Shown here piece after piece: positions 33,203 to 43,776 of a stretch of DNA of 64,000 nt. The notes below the pieces were generated by a model, which saw only the letters and a program-made list of their open reading frames with translations, did no database searches and was not told the DNA's origin. The stretch comes from an uncultured Fibrobacteria bacterium (lineage in GTDB: Bacteria > Fibrobacterota > Fibrobacteria > UBA11236). Position numbers and translations under genes: made by a program. How positions within the stretch are numbered: position 1 is the first letter of the stretch; each line of letters starts with the position of its first letter. The stretch lies in contig OY970309.1 in assembly GCA_963716395.1 (NCBI GenBank), positions 2,016,001-2,080,000 on the forward strand, given 5' to 3'.

Positions 33203-33493
33203 TCAACCCCCGATTACCTTGGGAATGGAGAAATGCTCAAGATTGGTTTCCGGGGCGTTGCGCAGGGCCGCGGCTTTGGACAGCATGGGCTGTTCGACGT
33301 CGGGACGCAGCGGACGCGGGGCTTCGTCGACCGCCATCATCGGTTCCACGTTTTCGAGTTTCAGTTGCTTCAAGACGTCGAGGTACCCGAGCAATTGCTC
33401 CAGCGAACCGCGCATCCGCTCCAATTCCTCCGCCGAGAATTCCAGGCGGGACAGCTTGGCCATTTTCAGGATTTCGTCTTTTTCCACACGCAT
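33203..33493 (-). CDS. gatC: Asp/Glu-tRNA amidotransferase subunit C
   Basis: AKLSRLEFS.EELERM..LEQLLGY..L..VEP..LRPD..ALRNAP..FSIPKVI. Confidence 0.9.
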   Translation of the reverse strand: MRVEKDEILKMAKLSRLEFSAEELERMRGSLEQLLGYLDVLKQLKLENVEPMMAVDEAPRPLRPDVEQPMLSKAAALRNAPETNLEHFSIPKVIGG

Positions 33494-33584
33494 GCACGCC
33501 TCCGTTACAAACGGGAGAATGCCGGTCCGGAATAGCTGAAAGCGGGATTCCGGGCCGGAATTCCCCTGTGCCCGGACTTCAAAG

Positions 33585-35873
33585 TTAATCCATGATCTCG
33601 AGCTTCGCGAATTTGAGCACGAGGGTGCGGCGTATGTGGTCTTCGAACAGTATATCGACCCGCGCCGATTCGCCCGTGCCTTCGGTGCGCAACACTTTGC
33701 CGATGCCGAATTTGGCATGGCGCACGCGCTGGCCGGGGTGGTGCTCCACTGCGTCTTGGTTCAAATCTTCGTAGCGGGGCATGGGGTCGGGTTCGGCCGG
33801 CCGGCGGCGGACGTCCATTGCGCCGAAGTGGGATTTGGGCGCGGTGTAGGTATGCGCGGTTTCGAGAAATTGTTTGTCGATCTCGCGCAAAAACCGCGAC
33901 CCAAAGGCGTCTTGATAGCCGCCGTAGCGCCGCCGGCGGCGCGCGTAGCTGAGCGACAGGTCGCGTTCGGCGCGCGTGGCGGCCACGTAGAAAAGCCGGC
34001 GCTCCTCTTCGGCGTCGCCGTCCTCATCATGCAGCAGGGGAAACAGACCCTCTTCCAAACCCGTGACGAACACACGGGGAAATTCCAGGCCTTTGGCGCT
34101 GTGCACGGTCATGAGCACCACGGCTTCCTGCTGCGCCTTGAGCGCATCGGAATCGGAGACAAGGGCGATTTCCTGCAAGAACCCTTCCAGCGGCGTGGCG
34201 GCTTGGGGTTCCCCGTCTTGCGGCTCGGATTCGCCCGCATTTTTCTCGGCCTGGCGCTCGGTGAAATCGGCCGCCGCCGACACCAACTCCTCGACGTTGG
34301 CCAAGCGGTCGAGCGCCTCGTCGGTGCCGTCGTCTTCGAACGCGGCTTTGACCCCCGAGCGCGCCAAGACCTGCGCTACGAGATCGGAAAGCGCCACCGC
34401 CGGATCGGCGGCGCGGGCGCGCATCTCGGCCAGCAGCGCGTGGAAATCTTTCATCTTGTGGGCCGCCGCGTTGGCCACCCCGGCTTCGGCGGCATGCGGC
34501 AGCGCTTCGGTCAGCGGCAGGCCGTGGGCCGAAGCGAAGTCCTGCAAGAGTTCCAGCGAGCGGTCGCCGATGCCGCGTTTGGGCGTGTGGATGGCACGCG
34601 TGAACGATACGTCGTCGCGCGGATTTACCAGCAGGCGCAGATAGGCGAGCAAATCCTTCACCTCTCTGCGTTCGTAAAAGCGGATGCCGCCCACGATGAG
34701 GTAGGGAATCTGTCGCCGCCGCAATTCGTCTTCGAGCACGCGCGACTGCGCGTTGGTGCGGTAGAACACCGCGGTTTCACCGGGGCGGAAGCGATCGTCG
34801 CTTTGCACGCGGCGCGCCACCCAGGCCGCTTCGGCGATTTCGTCGTCGAGTTCGACCAAGGTGATCTTGTCGCCGGGCGGATTGTCGGTCCACAAGGTTT
34901 TTTCCATGCGGTCGCGATTGCGGCGTATCACCGATCCCGCCACGGCGAGAATGTTGGCGGTGGAGCGGTAGTTGCGTTCGAGTTTGGTGACCTTGGCGTC
35001 GGGATAATCCTTGCGAAAGCTGAGAATGTTCTGGATGTCGGCGCCGCGCCAGCCATAGATGCTTTGATCATCGTCGCCCACCACCACCAGATTGCGGTGC
35101 GGCCCGAGCAACAGTTGAATCAGTTGATATTGCGCCTTGTTGGTGTCTTGATACTCGTCGATGAGCACGTAGCGGAACGAAGCTGCCACCACCTGCCGCA
35201 CTTCGGGAAAGCCTTTCAAAAGGCGGATGGAAAGGAAGATGAGATCGTCGAAATCCATGGCGTCCTGCTTTTGCAGATCGTCCTGGTAGCGACGATACAG
35301 GTCGACCATGCGTTCCTCGTAGCGATCGCCGGCCGCGCGCCGGCCGGCTTCTTCGGGGCCCATTCCCTGGTTTTTGCAGCGGCTGACGAAATGCCGCACC
35401 GCGTCCACCGAAAAGCGCGCGTCGTTTTCCAGATGTTCGGCCTGCAACAATTTTTTGAATTGGCGCTTTTGATCGTCGACGTCATAGATGGTGAAATGCG
35501 AGGTGTATTGCAATCGCTCGGCGTGGAAGCGCAGGAGACGCGCGCACACCGAGTGAAAAGTTCCCATCCAGCGCAAGGGCGCGTCGTAACCCAGCAGGCC
35601 GGCCACGCGCTCGCGCATTTCACGCGCCGCTTTGTTGGTGAAGGTTACGGCCAGGATTTCATGCGGCCGGTAGCGGTGTTCGCGCAAGAGGTGGGCGATT
35701 TTGTAGGTCAGCGCGCGCGTCTTGCCGCTGCCGGCCCCGGCCAGAATCAGTTGCGGGCCGGGCGTGTGCAGCACGGCTTCGAGCTGTTCGGGATTGAGAA
35801 GTTGGCGCAGGGCTTCGGCGTTTAATTCCGGAACGGAGGCATAATGCGCTTCAAGGGCTTCCACCAAGGGCAA
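33585..35873 (-). CDS. uvrD: UvrD/PcrA ATP-dependent DNA helicase
   Basis: LNPEQ, AGAGSGKT, TFTNKAAREM, DEYQD, VGDDDQSIYGWRGA, NYRST, TVHSAKGLEF, EERRLFYVAATRA and a C-terminal Tudor-like domain. Confidence 0.95.
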   Translation of the reverse strand: MPLVEALEAHYASVPELNAEALRQLLNPEQLEAVLHTPGPQLILAGAGSGKTRALTYKIAHLLREHRYRPHEILAVTFTNKAAREMRERVAGLLGYDAPLRWMGTFHSVCARLLRFHAERLQYTSHFTIYDVDDQKRQFKKLLQAEHLENDARFSVDAVRHFVSRCKNQGMGPEEAGRRAAGDRYEERMVDLYRRYQDDLQKQDAMDFDDLIFLSIRLLKGFPEVRQVVAASFRYVLIDEYQDTNKAQYQLIQLLLGPHRNLVVVGDDDQSIYGWRGADIQNILSFRKDYPDAKVTKLERNYRSTANILAVAGSVIRRNRDRMEKTLWTDNPPGDKITLVELDDEIAEAAWVARRVQSDDRFRPGETAVFYRTNAQSRVLEDELRRRQIPYLIVGGIRFYERREVKDLLAYLRLLVNPRDDVSFTRAIHTPKRGIGDRSLELLQDFASAHGLPLTEALPHAAEAGVANAAAHKMKDFHALLAEMRARAADPAVALSDLVAQVLARSGVKAAFEDDGTDEALDRLANVEELVSAAADFTERQAEKNAGESEPQDGEPQAATPLEGFLQEIALVSDSDALKAQQEAVVLMTVHSAKGLEFPRVFVTGLEEGLFPLLHDEDGDAEEERRLFYVAATRAERDLSLSYARRRRRYGGYQDAFGSRFLREIDKQFLETAHTYTAPKSHFGAMDVRRRPAEPDPMPRYEDLNQDAVEHHPGQRVRHAKFGIGKVLRTEGTGESARVDILFEDHIRRTLVLKFAKLEIMD

Positions 35874-35952
35874 GATAAAAAGAGATGTCGTCCGTCGAAG
35901 GCGCAGAGTGCGCTGCGCTCGATTGGTTCGACAGTCTCACCAACCTCGCGCC

Positions 35953-36035
35953 CTCGGCCGGTGAGCTTGGTTCCCGAGCCAGTCGAGGGATGTCGAACCG
36001 GTCGAAGCGGTTGAAAGGCATCACTCAGCGGCGGA
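35953..36035. repeat. Dispersed palindromic (REP-like) repeat, copy 1
   Basis: CTCGGCCGGTGAGCT..GTCGAACCGGTCGAAGCGG; related copies near 43190, 57320, 59265 and 61950. Confidence 0.65.
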
Positions 36036-36246
36036 ATCACGGCGGTACCGGCCCGCACGACACGGGCACGGTTCTCATCCACCGGTGCAGTTATTTCTTC
36101 TCCCCTGCATGCAAAAGCACGCTCACCGGCGAGCGAAGATCCACGCCGCCGCTGTGGCCCGCAACCGCGGCAACGCGTTTTCAGCCCGCCTCAGACGCTA
36201 CGCGCACCGGAATGGTAACCTGGCTGATACATACACGGCTGGCAAC

Positions 36247-36501
36247 TTAGTACAGCTTGGGCCGCTGTATCGGTTCGCCCCCGAGGGCGACAATGAGGCC
36301 CCAGGCCAGCATGCCGGCGCCGAAGCCGATCACGCCGAAGGGCAAAAGGCGATGCAGCAACAAGCCCAGGCCGCAGCCCATCACGGTGCATCCCGGGATC
36401 ACCAGCAGAAACGCTGCGGTGCGCGGGCCTTGCCAAATCCAGTATTTGATCATTTCGGGATCCTTCCCGACGTCATACGGTTGGGCGGTTCGAGTCGTCA
36501 T
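36247..36501 (-). CDS. Small hypothetical membrane protein
   Basis: Two hydrophobic segments; its ATG overlaps the PadR stop and has a GGA RBS. Confidence 0.6.
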   Translation of the reverse strand: MTTRTAQPYDVGKDPEMIKYWIWQGPRTAAFLLVIPGCTVMGCGLGLLLHRLLPFGVIGFGAGMLAWGLIVALGGEPIQRPKLY

Positions 36502-37157
36502 TTTATTTCCTTTCTCTCGGGAGTTTTCTTGATGACGGAATGAATCGATTGACGCTCCACCAAAATCGCGTGGCGGGCGTTTTTCCAGATGCGGGTCAGG
36601 CCGCCGGCGTCGCGCCGGAGATCGCGCAACAAGCGTTCGCAAAAGCGGCATTCGGCCCGGGTCATGGCTTCAAAGTATTCGCCTTCGATGGAAAACAAGC
36701 GCGGCAATTTCAGATCGCGCAGTTGCCGCCGCGCCTGCGCGCAGCCGGTGAGCGTCTCTTGCAACCGGCGGATTCGCGCGGCCAGCAGATCCACCACCTC
36801 TTCGGGAGAAAGCACGGGCATGAGGCTCAACGCGGCTTCGAATTGCGGGAACTCTTTGACCGGAAGTCCGAGCAGATCGCGCATCCAGGCCAGCATGAAG
36901 ACCTCGCCCTGCGGCGTGATTTTATACACGGTTTTTTCCGGGCGTTTGCCGTCGCGGCCCGTGCCCGCGGCGCGCACGTAGCCGTCGCGTTCGAGGGAGG
37001 AGATCACGGCGTACAGCGAGCCGTAATTGAGGCGGACGCTCTTTTCCTTGCCGCGCTCTTTCAGGGTGGCCGCCAATTCGTAGGGATGGCGGCTCTTTTC
37101 GAACAGGTGGGTGAGCACCGCCAACCCCAAGGGACTCACGGCGCGTTTTGATTCCAT
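36498..37157 (-). CDS. PadR family transcriptional regulator
   Basis: HPYEL, LNYGSLYAVI..LERDG and RPEKTVYKITPQG. Confidence 0.9.
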   Translation of the reverse strand: MESKRAVSPLGLAVLTHLFEKSRHPYELAATLKERGKEKSVRLNYGSLYAVISSLERDGYVRAAGTGRDGKRPEKTVYKITPQGEVFMLAWMRDLLGLPVKEFPQFEAALSLMPVLSPEEVVDLLAARIRRLQETLTGCAQARRQLRDLKLPRLFSIEGEYFEAMTRAECRFCERLLRDLRRDAGGLTRIWKNARHAILVERQSIHSVIKKTPERKEIK

Positions 37158-37370
37158 TTATAATAATCCTTATCAAATACTCTGAATAGAATATATGATA
37201 CAAAATATGTGCCTGTTGGCCAAGGCCGGCGGCCTCGCCGTGTGGCCGGGAGCGAACATCAGGGAAAGCGATGGGGTGATAGCGGTAAAACGAAAGGGTT
37301 GAAGAGGAGCATGGGACGGAAACGGTATTCGCCTGGTTGTGCAAGGCGTCGGTGAATTACCCTTCCTGGC

Positions 37371-38312
37371 ATGATTGCCTTAAAACCAAAAATCCTCAGC
37401 CGCCAAACTGGGCTGCTTTTCTATGGCCTGACTCCGCCCAAGCTTCAAACCGATCCCGAAAAAATGGCCGCTATCGCAGCCAGGCATGCGGCGCGGCTGC
37501 GCCCCGAAACATTGGGCTTTGCCTTGGACGGCCTGGTGCTTTACGATTTGCAAGACGAGTCCGCACGCACCGATCAGCCCCGACCTTTCCCGTTTTTGCA
37601 GACCGTGCCGCCCGAAGCTTATGCGCGCGACTTTTTGCGCGATTTGCCCATTCCCAAAATCATTTACCAAGGGGTGGGCAAGCATAGCCCCGCGTCGCTG
37701 GAAGGTTGGCTGCGCCAGGCAGCGTCTGCGGCTGAGGCTGTCGTCTTTGTAGGTTCACCCTCCAAGCATCAGATCCAGAGCATGAACTTGCGCGAAGCCT
37801 ATGCCTGGAAGCAAGCGGTGGCACCGGATTGGACCTTGGGCGGCATTGCCATTCCCGAACGGCATGCGCGCAAAGGCGATGAGCATGAACGCGTTTTCGC
37901 CAAGATGCGGCAAGGTTGCCGCTTCTTCGTCACCCAATGCGTCTATAGCGTGGAGCCGGCCAAGGATTTTCTATCGGACTATGCCTATGGCGTCGAAGCG
38001 GCAGGCCTGAAACCCGTGCCGCTCATTTTCACCTTGACGCCTTGCGGTTCCACCAAGAGCTTGCAATTCATGGAGTGGCTGGGAATCGCCATTCCCCGCT
38101 GGCTCAAAAACGATTTGAACCATACTCGAGACATTATGCGCCAATCGTTGGACGCTTGCTTGGCCATCGCCAAGGAGTTGCAAGCCTTCGCCGCCGCCAA
38201 AGGCTTGCCCATCGGCTTCAATATCGAAAGCGTCGCTATCCGCAAAGAGGAAATAGAGGCCTCCATGGAATTAGTGGCGTCGGTGCGGCGATTGCAAACC
38301 GGCAGGGATTGA
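37371..38312 (+). CDS. Methylenetetrahydrofolate reductase-like protein
   Basis: YGLTPPK, DGLVLYDLQDE, LGGIAIPERH, GCRFFVTQCVY and FMEWLGIAIP. Confidence 0.75.
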   Translation: MIALKPKILSRQTGLLFYGLTPPKLQTDPEKMAAIAARHAARLRPETLGFALDGLVLYDLQDESARTDQPRPFPFLQTVPPEAYARDFLRDLPIPKIIYQGVGKHSPASLEGWLRQAASAAEAVVFVGSPSKHQIQSMNLREAYAWKQAVAPDWTLGGIAIPERHARKGDEHERVFAKMRQGCRFFVTQCVYSVEPAKDFLSDYAYGVEAAGLKPVPLIFTLTPCGSTKSLQFMEWLGIAIPRWLKNDLNHTRDIMRQSLDACLAIAKELQAFAAAKGLPIGFNIESVAIRKEEIEASMELVASVRRLQTGRD

Positions 38313-38409
38313 AGCCCGGCCGGGCCAGCATGGAGGCTTCGCCGGCCGTACCCTATATGTTACTACCGGCCTGCGACGCGCCTCTTCCGGCCTTCGTCGC
38401 TGCTCAGGT

Positions 38410-38700
38410 TGAGTGGTGCCGAGGCCATCCCGGAACCCAAAGGTTACCTATGCGCCCAGGTCGGCTCCTGCAACCTGCATGCCGCCCGCCGGTTCCGCGC
38501 AGGCGCGCCGCCCCCGAAGCCAACGCAAGGCCGGGGAAATGCCGTCCCGGTTTATCTTATGGCGAACTTTCCCTGTGGATGTGGTTTGTCCGCGCTGTGG
38601 CGGAAGGCCGCGGCGGATGGTTCTGGTAAAGACGAAGGAGCCGATAGCGGCCTTGCTCTCCTGCATGAATTTGCCGACGGGGCTGCCGAAGGCGGGGGAG
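38410..38700 (+). pseudogene. Probable decayed 3' remnant of an IS91-like (Y2) transposase
   Basis: Translation FILWRTFPVDVVCPRCGGRPRRMVLVKTKEPIAALLSCMNLPT resembles the C-terminal F.vD.l.CP.CGg.m....i..il..l.lp segment of IS91-family transposases. Confidence 0.4.
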
Positions 38701-38725
38701 TCGCCGTTATGCTTCCATGGCGTCG

Positions 38726-39286
38726 CTACCTCCGCTCCAGAAACCCTCTTCCGGCCAGGACCGCCGGCATGGCTTTTTCGATGCGAGCGATCCGCGTCGC
38801 AGACTGCTTCGCGGCGCCGAAGTGATACAGATATCCCCTCTGGCGCCCGGGCGTCAGCGCCTCGAAGGCGCGCCGGAAGTGCGGATCTTTTCGGAACTTC
38901 TCCTTCAGTTCCTCAGGAACTGGAGGCACCGAGGTCCTCTTCGCGGCCTTCAATCCGGCCATCTCTGCCGCCATCGCCTCGCGCACATAGGTTTTGATCA
39001 TGGCCGTCTTCGCGACGATCTCCGTAACGCCGGCGAACTTCATCACCCGCCCCGCCTGAATCTGCCCGAGCCGCACCAGCACTTTATCCGGATCTTTCAA
39101 TAACGCGCCCTGAAAGAACCCGAGCGCGCGATCTTCTTTGAAGCCCTGAAGAATGACCACGTTCTTGCCATCGAGCGTATAGCAGGGCTTCCCCCACTTG
39201 CACTCTTCCTTCAGATCAAACTCCGCCAGGATTTTGCGCAACGCTGCGATCTCAGCCCGCCAACGTTCGCGATATGCCATCTCCAA
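38726..39286 (-). CDS. YdeI/OmpD-associated (DUF1801) family protein
   Basis: LKEECKWGKPCYT, FFQGALLKDP and FEALTPGRQRGYLYHF..AKQSATR..RIEK. Confidence 0.85.
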   Translation of the reverse strand: MEMAYRERWRAEIAALRKILAEFDLKEECKWGKPCYTLDGKNVVILQGFKEDRALGFFQGALLKDPDKVLVRLGQIQAGRVMKFAGVTEIVAKTAMIKTYVREAMAAEMAGLKAAKRTSVPPVPEELKEKFRKDPHFRRAFEALTPGRQRGYLYHFGAAKQSATRIARIEKAMPAVLAGRGFLERR

Positions 39287-39738
39287 GCCGTACCTCCTCT
39301 GCGATGGAGAATTGTCAGGGGCGGAAGGCCGCCGCGCGCATACGGGTGAAGATCCACCGCATGCCCGCCGCCCGATATTTGCCCGCGAATTTCCTCACGG
39401 TTGCCGCCGGCCTCGAGTGAAAAAGAATCCTGTTTTGCCGGAACAGAACACCTCTCAAAACCTAGACAAAAGCCTTCGGATACCCACCGCGAGACCGTCT
39501 GCTTGATACCGCGGTCTGCGTCGCAGCCATCGGAACGGCTTCGTGGCCGTCCTCCAACGGCCTTCGCCGCCGCTCCGAGCGATGCTGAAATGAATGCGAT
39601 CTCGCGTGAATGGGCGACTTGAACTTGGGAGCTAGAGTTATTGTTGGAAAAGGGGTTTCGATGTACCATTGCGGCCGGGTATTCCCGCACGGCGCCGTTT
39701 CGGCGTCGATAAGAATCCGGATTCCTAAAGGGGCCAAC

Positions 39739-42700
39739 ATGCGGGTAATGGGATCGATTTTTTCCTGCGCGGTGTTATTAAGTATTGCCGAAGCGACCCA
39801 ATACACGGTGACGCCGGGTGCGGTGACGGCCACCGCGTCCCCCTTGCGCACGGGTCGCGTAACGGGAACCGTGCTTCCCATCTGGAATTCCCCGGCCATC
39901 TATGCGGAAATGAAACGCGGTTTGCAGGAGCAGGGATTCCGGTTGTTCCGTTTCCCCAACGGAAGTACCTCCAACCAATACCACTGGAACGGAGCGGGTT
40001 CCTATGACTCGGTTGGCATTTGGCACCCTTCTTCCGATTCCGTGGCGCCGGGTTTCACTTCCAATACCCTATACCGGGGCACCACCAAAAGCAATTACGG
40101 ATCGGTTTTCTATTCGAACCTGACCGATGGCGTCGATTCCACCCTTTGGTGGAGCGATCCGCTGGCCGCCTCCGACGCGTGGGTGGCCTTGGACCTCGTC
40201 AACGCCACGACGGTGGATTCGGTGCAAATCGTGTGGGGGACTTTGCGCCCTGACAGCGTGGCCGTCGGAGCCGTGACGACTTCGGGATGGAATGCCTATG
40301 GTTCTCCCGACGCGGCGTTTTCGCAGCGCGCCCTCGCGGCGGTAACGGGAGCCGTCACCACTTTGCATTTGGACCCGGGGTCCATGCGGTTTTTGGCCCT
40401 ACGCCCACTCGGCATCGGGGCGGACGGAGTGCAAATCGGGGAAATCCGCGCCTGGTCGAATGGAGTTTTGGTCACCTCGAATGTGGCTGATCAGGCCAAG
40501 CAAACCCAAGCCTGGGCGATGTCGGCGCATCCCGGAAACCAGCGGACCAACGATTACAGCGGTACGGGAACGCCCAATTGGACTTTCGCCCTGTTCATGA
40601 ATTACCTCGACTCGCTTCCGGGATCCGAGGCCATGATTTGTGTGAACTATGGCACCGGCACGCCGGAAGAAGCCGCCGCCTGGGTCCGTTACGCCAATAT
40701 CGATCAACACATGGGCATACGCTTTTGGCAGGTCGGCAATGAAATGAACGGGGATTGGGAAGAGGGCGGGCCGGTGACGGCGAAGGAATACGCCCGCAAA
40801 TTCCTGGCGTATGCCAAGGCCATGAAGGCCGTCGACCCTTCGATTTGGGTGCTGGGCCCCACGCTGTCCACCTATGATTTTTCCGGAACAGGCAGCGCCG
40901 ACCTGGATGGAAACACTTGGACCGAGGAGTTCTTGCGCTTGGTGGGCGGGGCGGAAGTGGCCGATGGTATGCGCTATCTCGACGGTTTCGATTTTCACGC
41001 TTACCCCTATTACACTACGGCCGCTCCGACGCCGGATGCCATGCTCGCCGCCCTGCGCGGTCTCGGACCCAATCTCGACACCTTGGCCGCCATGTTGTCT
41101 CGTAACCTACAGGATCCGGGCTCGCGGTGGATCTCCCTTTCGGAATTCAACGCCTCGGTGATCAGTATGGATCTCACCATGCGTCCCGAAAACTCCACCG
41201 GCATGGCCATGATGCTGGCGCAACTGGTGCAAAAATTCGGCGGACAGGCGATGTCGATTGACTGGGAATCCTACGGCGCCACGAGCGGAAATCCCGACGG
41301 TAGCGCGGGTGGTACCTACGGAACGCTTTCCCTGTTCGTGCCGCCGCGCTCCGACGCGGGTTCGTCCATCGACCTCGCGCCCAATGCGCCTTACTGGGGC
41401 AATTGGATGGTTTCCAAAGTTTGGGCCATCGATTCGGCGCAACCCTTGGCCACTACCGTAACCGGCGGAACCTTGTTGGAGTCGCATGCCCTGACCAATG
41501 GCGCGGACACCGCGTATCTGTTCCTGAACATGTCGGCCGTTCCCTGCACGACGACGGTGACGCCTACGTTGGCGCGGGGTTGGATTTATTCGTTCTCCTC
41601 GCAGCAATACAGTTGGAACGGTTCTACTTCGGAAGCTTACGCCGCGCCCAATTCCGGACCTTCGTCGCGGCCGGTTCCGGCTGCGTGGGACGGAAAGTTG
41701 ATCGTCCCGGGTTTCGGAATGACGGTGTTGCGGACCAACGCCTCCCTTCCCGCTCCTTCCGCCGACCAGGTGGTGCAATTGGCGGTGAACAACAAGAACC
41801 TGGAATTCGGCGACACCTTGCTGATCTCGGGGACGGTGATACGCGCGCCCGGCGCTCCGGCGCCGAAGGCGCAACTCGGCGACTCGGTCTTGGAACTCGC
41901 CGCCAGCGACGGCGCTTGGGATGGTCCGCAGGAAGCCTTCGTCGCGAGGATTCCCGTGGACAATTTGGGAGCAGGCATGCGCTGGCTGCGATTGGGAAAT
42001 TCCGATTCGATCCAAATCAACATTACCGGCAAAGCGCGACCTACAGTATGGATCGATCAATTCGAGGACCAAAACCCGGCTTCCGACCAGCCCTCCAAGG
42101 CGCCTTGGACGGCGTATGCCGCCGGAGGCCTGCCCTCCACCCTGACGCTTTCCTTTCCCGTTCGGGCGGGAATGGGTCACGCCATGCAAGCCGCCGCCAG
42201 TATGACCCAGCCGGTCGATCTCGGTTACACCGTTTATGTCGAGGCGGGCCTGAACCTCGACAGCAACCTGGTGGATTCGTCCATTGGCATCCAATTCGAT
42301 TATGCGAGTTGGCATTCCAACGGAGGAACCTTCAATCTCCAAATCGCCACCGACACGGTGAAGAACTACGACGATTACCTCATCGCCTTGCCGGCCACGG
42401 ATTCCGTTTGGCGCACGATGAAACTGAAGTGGAGCGCATTCCAGCAACAAGGTTGGGGCGGCGTCCTAACCGGGCCGCTGCTGGCCCGCCAAGTCAACCG
42501 GCTGAACTTCCGCGCCATCGGCGAAGGCAACGCCACGTTTTGGATCGACAATATCGCCCTGCTTTCGTCTTCCGGGGATTCGATATCGGGAATCCAACCT
42601 GGAAAAACTACGCGCGCCGCGTGGTCCATAACGCCGCATGGATCCCAATGGGCATTCAATTTGCCCGCCGGCGCCACCGTGCGCCTCGTTGGACTCAATG

Positions 42701-42834
42701 GAAGTTTGCTGGGTCGTTTCGAAGCTCGCCGCGCGGGAGTGGTGCTGTATCAACCCCGGCATTCCGGAATCGTATACGCCGTGGTGGAAATCGAAGGAAA
42801 GCGGAACGTGAGATTGTTGCCAAACCTTCGTTAA
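39739..42834 (+). CDS. Secreted clan GH-A glycoside hydrolase (GH44/GH51-like) with a discoidin-like insert, a C-terminal CBM-like domain and a sorting-type tail
   Basis: Signal peptide; FRFPNGS..YHW, VNYGTGTPEEAAAWVRYAN, WQVGNE (acid/base), DFHAYP, SEFN (nucleophile); C-terminal W..F.Q.GWG..FWIDNI CBM11/CIA30-like domain. Confidence 0.7.
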   Translation: MRVMGSIFSCAVLLSIAEATQYTVTPGAVTATASPLRTGRVTGTVLPIWNSPAIYAEMKRGLQEQGFRLFRFPNGSTSNQYHWNGAGSYDSVGIWHPSSDSVAPGFTSNTLYRGTTKSNYGSVFYSNLTDGVDSTLWWSDPLAASDAWVALDLVNATTVDSVQIVWGTLRPDSVAVGAVTTSGWNAYGSPDAAFSQRALAAVTGAVTTLHLDPGSMRFLALRPLGIGADGVQIGEIRAWSNGVLVTSNVADQAKQTQAWAMSAHPGNQRTNDYSGTGTPNWTFALFMNYLDSLPGSEAMICVNYGTGTPEEAAAWVRYANIDQHMGIRFWQVGNEMNGDWEEGGPVTAKEYARKFLAYAKAMKAVDPSIWVLGPTLSTYDFSGTGSADLDGNTWTEEFLRLVGGAEVADGMRYLDGFDFHAYPYYTTAAPTPDAMLAALRGLGPNLDTLAAMLSRNLQDPGSRWISLSEFNASVISMDLTMRPENSTGMAMMLAQLVQKFGGQAMSIDWESYGATSGNPDGSAGGTYGTLSLFVPPRSDAGSSIDLAPNAPYWGNWMVSKVWAIDSAQPLATTVTGGTLLESHALTNGADTAYLFLNMSAVPCTTTVTPTLARGWIYSFSSQQYSWNGSTSEAYAAPNSGPSSRPVPAAWDGKLIVPGFGMTVLRTNASLPAPSADQVVQLAVNNKNLEFGDTLLISGTVIRAPGAPAPKAQLGDSVLELAASDGAWDGPQEAFVARIPVDNLGAGMRWLRLGNSDSIQINITGKARPTVWIDQFEDQNPASDQPSKAPWTAYAAGGLPSTLTLSFPVRAGMGHAMQAAASMTQPVDLGYTVYVEAGLNLDSNLVDSSIGIQFDYASWHSNGGTFNLQIATDTVKNYDDYLIALPATDSVWRTMKLKWSAFQQQGWGGVLTGPLLARQVNRLNFRAIGEGNATFWIDNIALLSSSGDSISGIQPGKTTRAAWSITPHGSQWAFNLPAGATVRLVGLNGSLLGRFEARRAGVVLYQPRHSGIVYAVVEIEGKRNVRLLPNLR

Positions 42835-43185
42835 AATGCATCCGGGGCATTCTTGAAATCAGGGATTCAAATGCGTGTTAACACCCGCTTCACCTGGTTA
42901 TTCGGAATGGTTCGGCGATTCGGTTTCCGGCTCCGCTGAGCTCAAAGAAATACCCGCCATTTCCCAGCCGGCGCATCGGCACCGCGACGACGCCCCCGGA
43001 GCCGTCGACATTTTTTCCCGCTAGTTTGTTTCCGTGCAAATCGAATATTCCGGCTTGCCCCGAATATGAAAAAATCGAAATTGTTGCGGAACGAAATAAA
43101 TTTTCACCATTCCCCTGATCTTCCTAACGCTGTTAGCGGTTACTTCAAATAGTCGGCCGATGGGCACTTAATTCAGTTGCTCCCG

Positions 43186-43290
43186 CTCGGCCGGCGAGCT
43201 TGTCACATCAATCGAAGGGCATCAGCCGTGCACGCTCGGCCGGTGAGCCTGTCGAACCGGTCAAAGCGTATCAGCCCGCGGCGGAGTGAA
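43186..43290. repeat. Dispersed palindromic (REP-like) repeat, copy 2
   Basis: CTCGGCCGGCGAGCTTGTC..TCGAAGGGCATCAGCCGTGCACGCTCGGCCGGTGAGCCTGTCGAACCGGTC..CCGCGGCGGA. Confidence 0.65.
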
Positions 43291-43730
43291 GCAGCTCTTT
43301 TTGCAGAACGCTTTTCAAGGTTCTGTGAACAGGGAATTCGGCGCATGCACTCGGTGCGCAGTACGGTTGCGATAAATTTGATTTTGAACCTCCCTTTTGG
43401 ATTACGCCGCCCATCTTCCATTGTGCCTTCCGTCATCCGAAATAACACCAATCGCTGCCCGCTGCCGTCCAAGGCTCATCGTGGAAACTTCGGCGGCGCT
43501 TTCAGCCAATCGAAAATCACGCCTGCTAGATTCCGCGCAGGTGGAGCGGTGGGGGCTTAAGCCAAGGACTGGCCGGAGTAGCGGGATGGAAAAAGCCATT
43601 ACCCTACGTATGGGAAGGGTGTGCTGTTTCTAGGGGTGAAGTGAGAGACGATTCTTAGGGCAAAAAGTGGGATAAAGCCTGGGCTAGGGACAATCGGCCC
43701 GATTCGAAACTTTTGCTTTACCCATGCGCT

Positions 43731-43745
43731 TGTTCGTATCGAACA
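43731..43745. promoter_or_regulatory. Inverted repeat upstream of abiEi (candidate autoregulatory operator)
   Basis: Perfect TGTTCG-TAT-CGAACA palindrome ~30 bp before the abiEi start; AbiEi proteins are known to bind promoter inverted repeats. Confidence 0.35.
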
Positions 43746-43776
43746 TAGTTACACGAATTGTTGTTCATTTCGAAGA

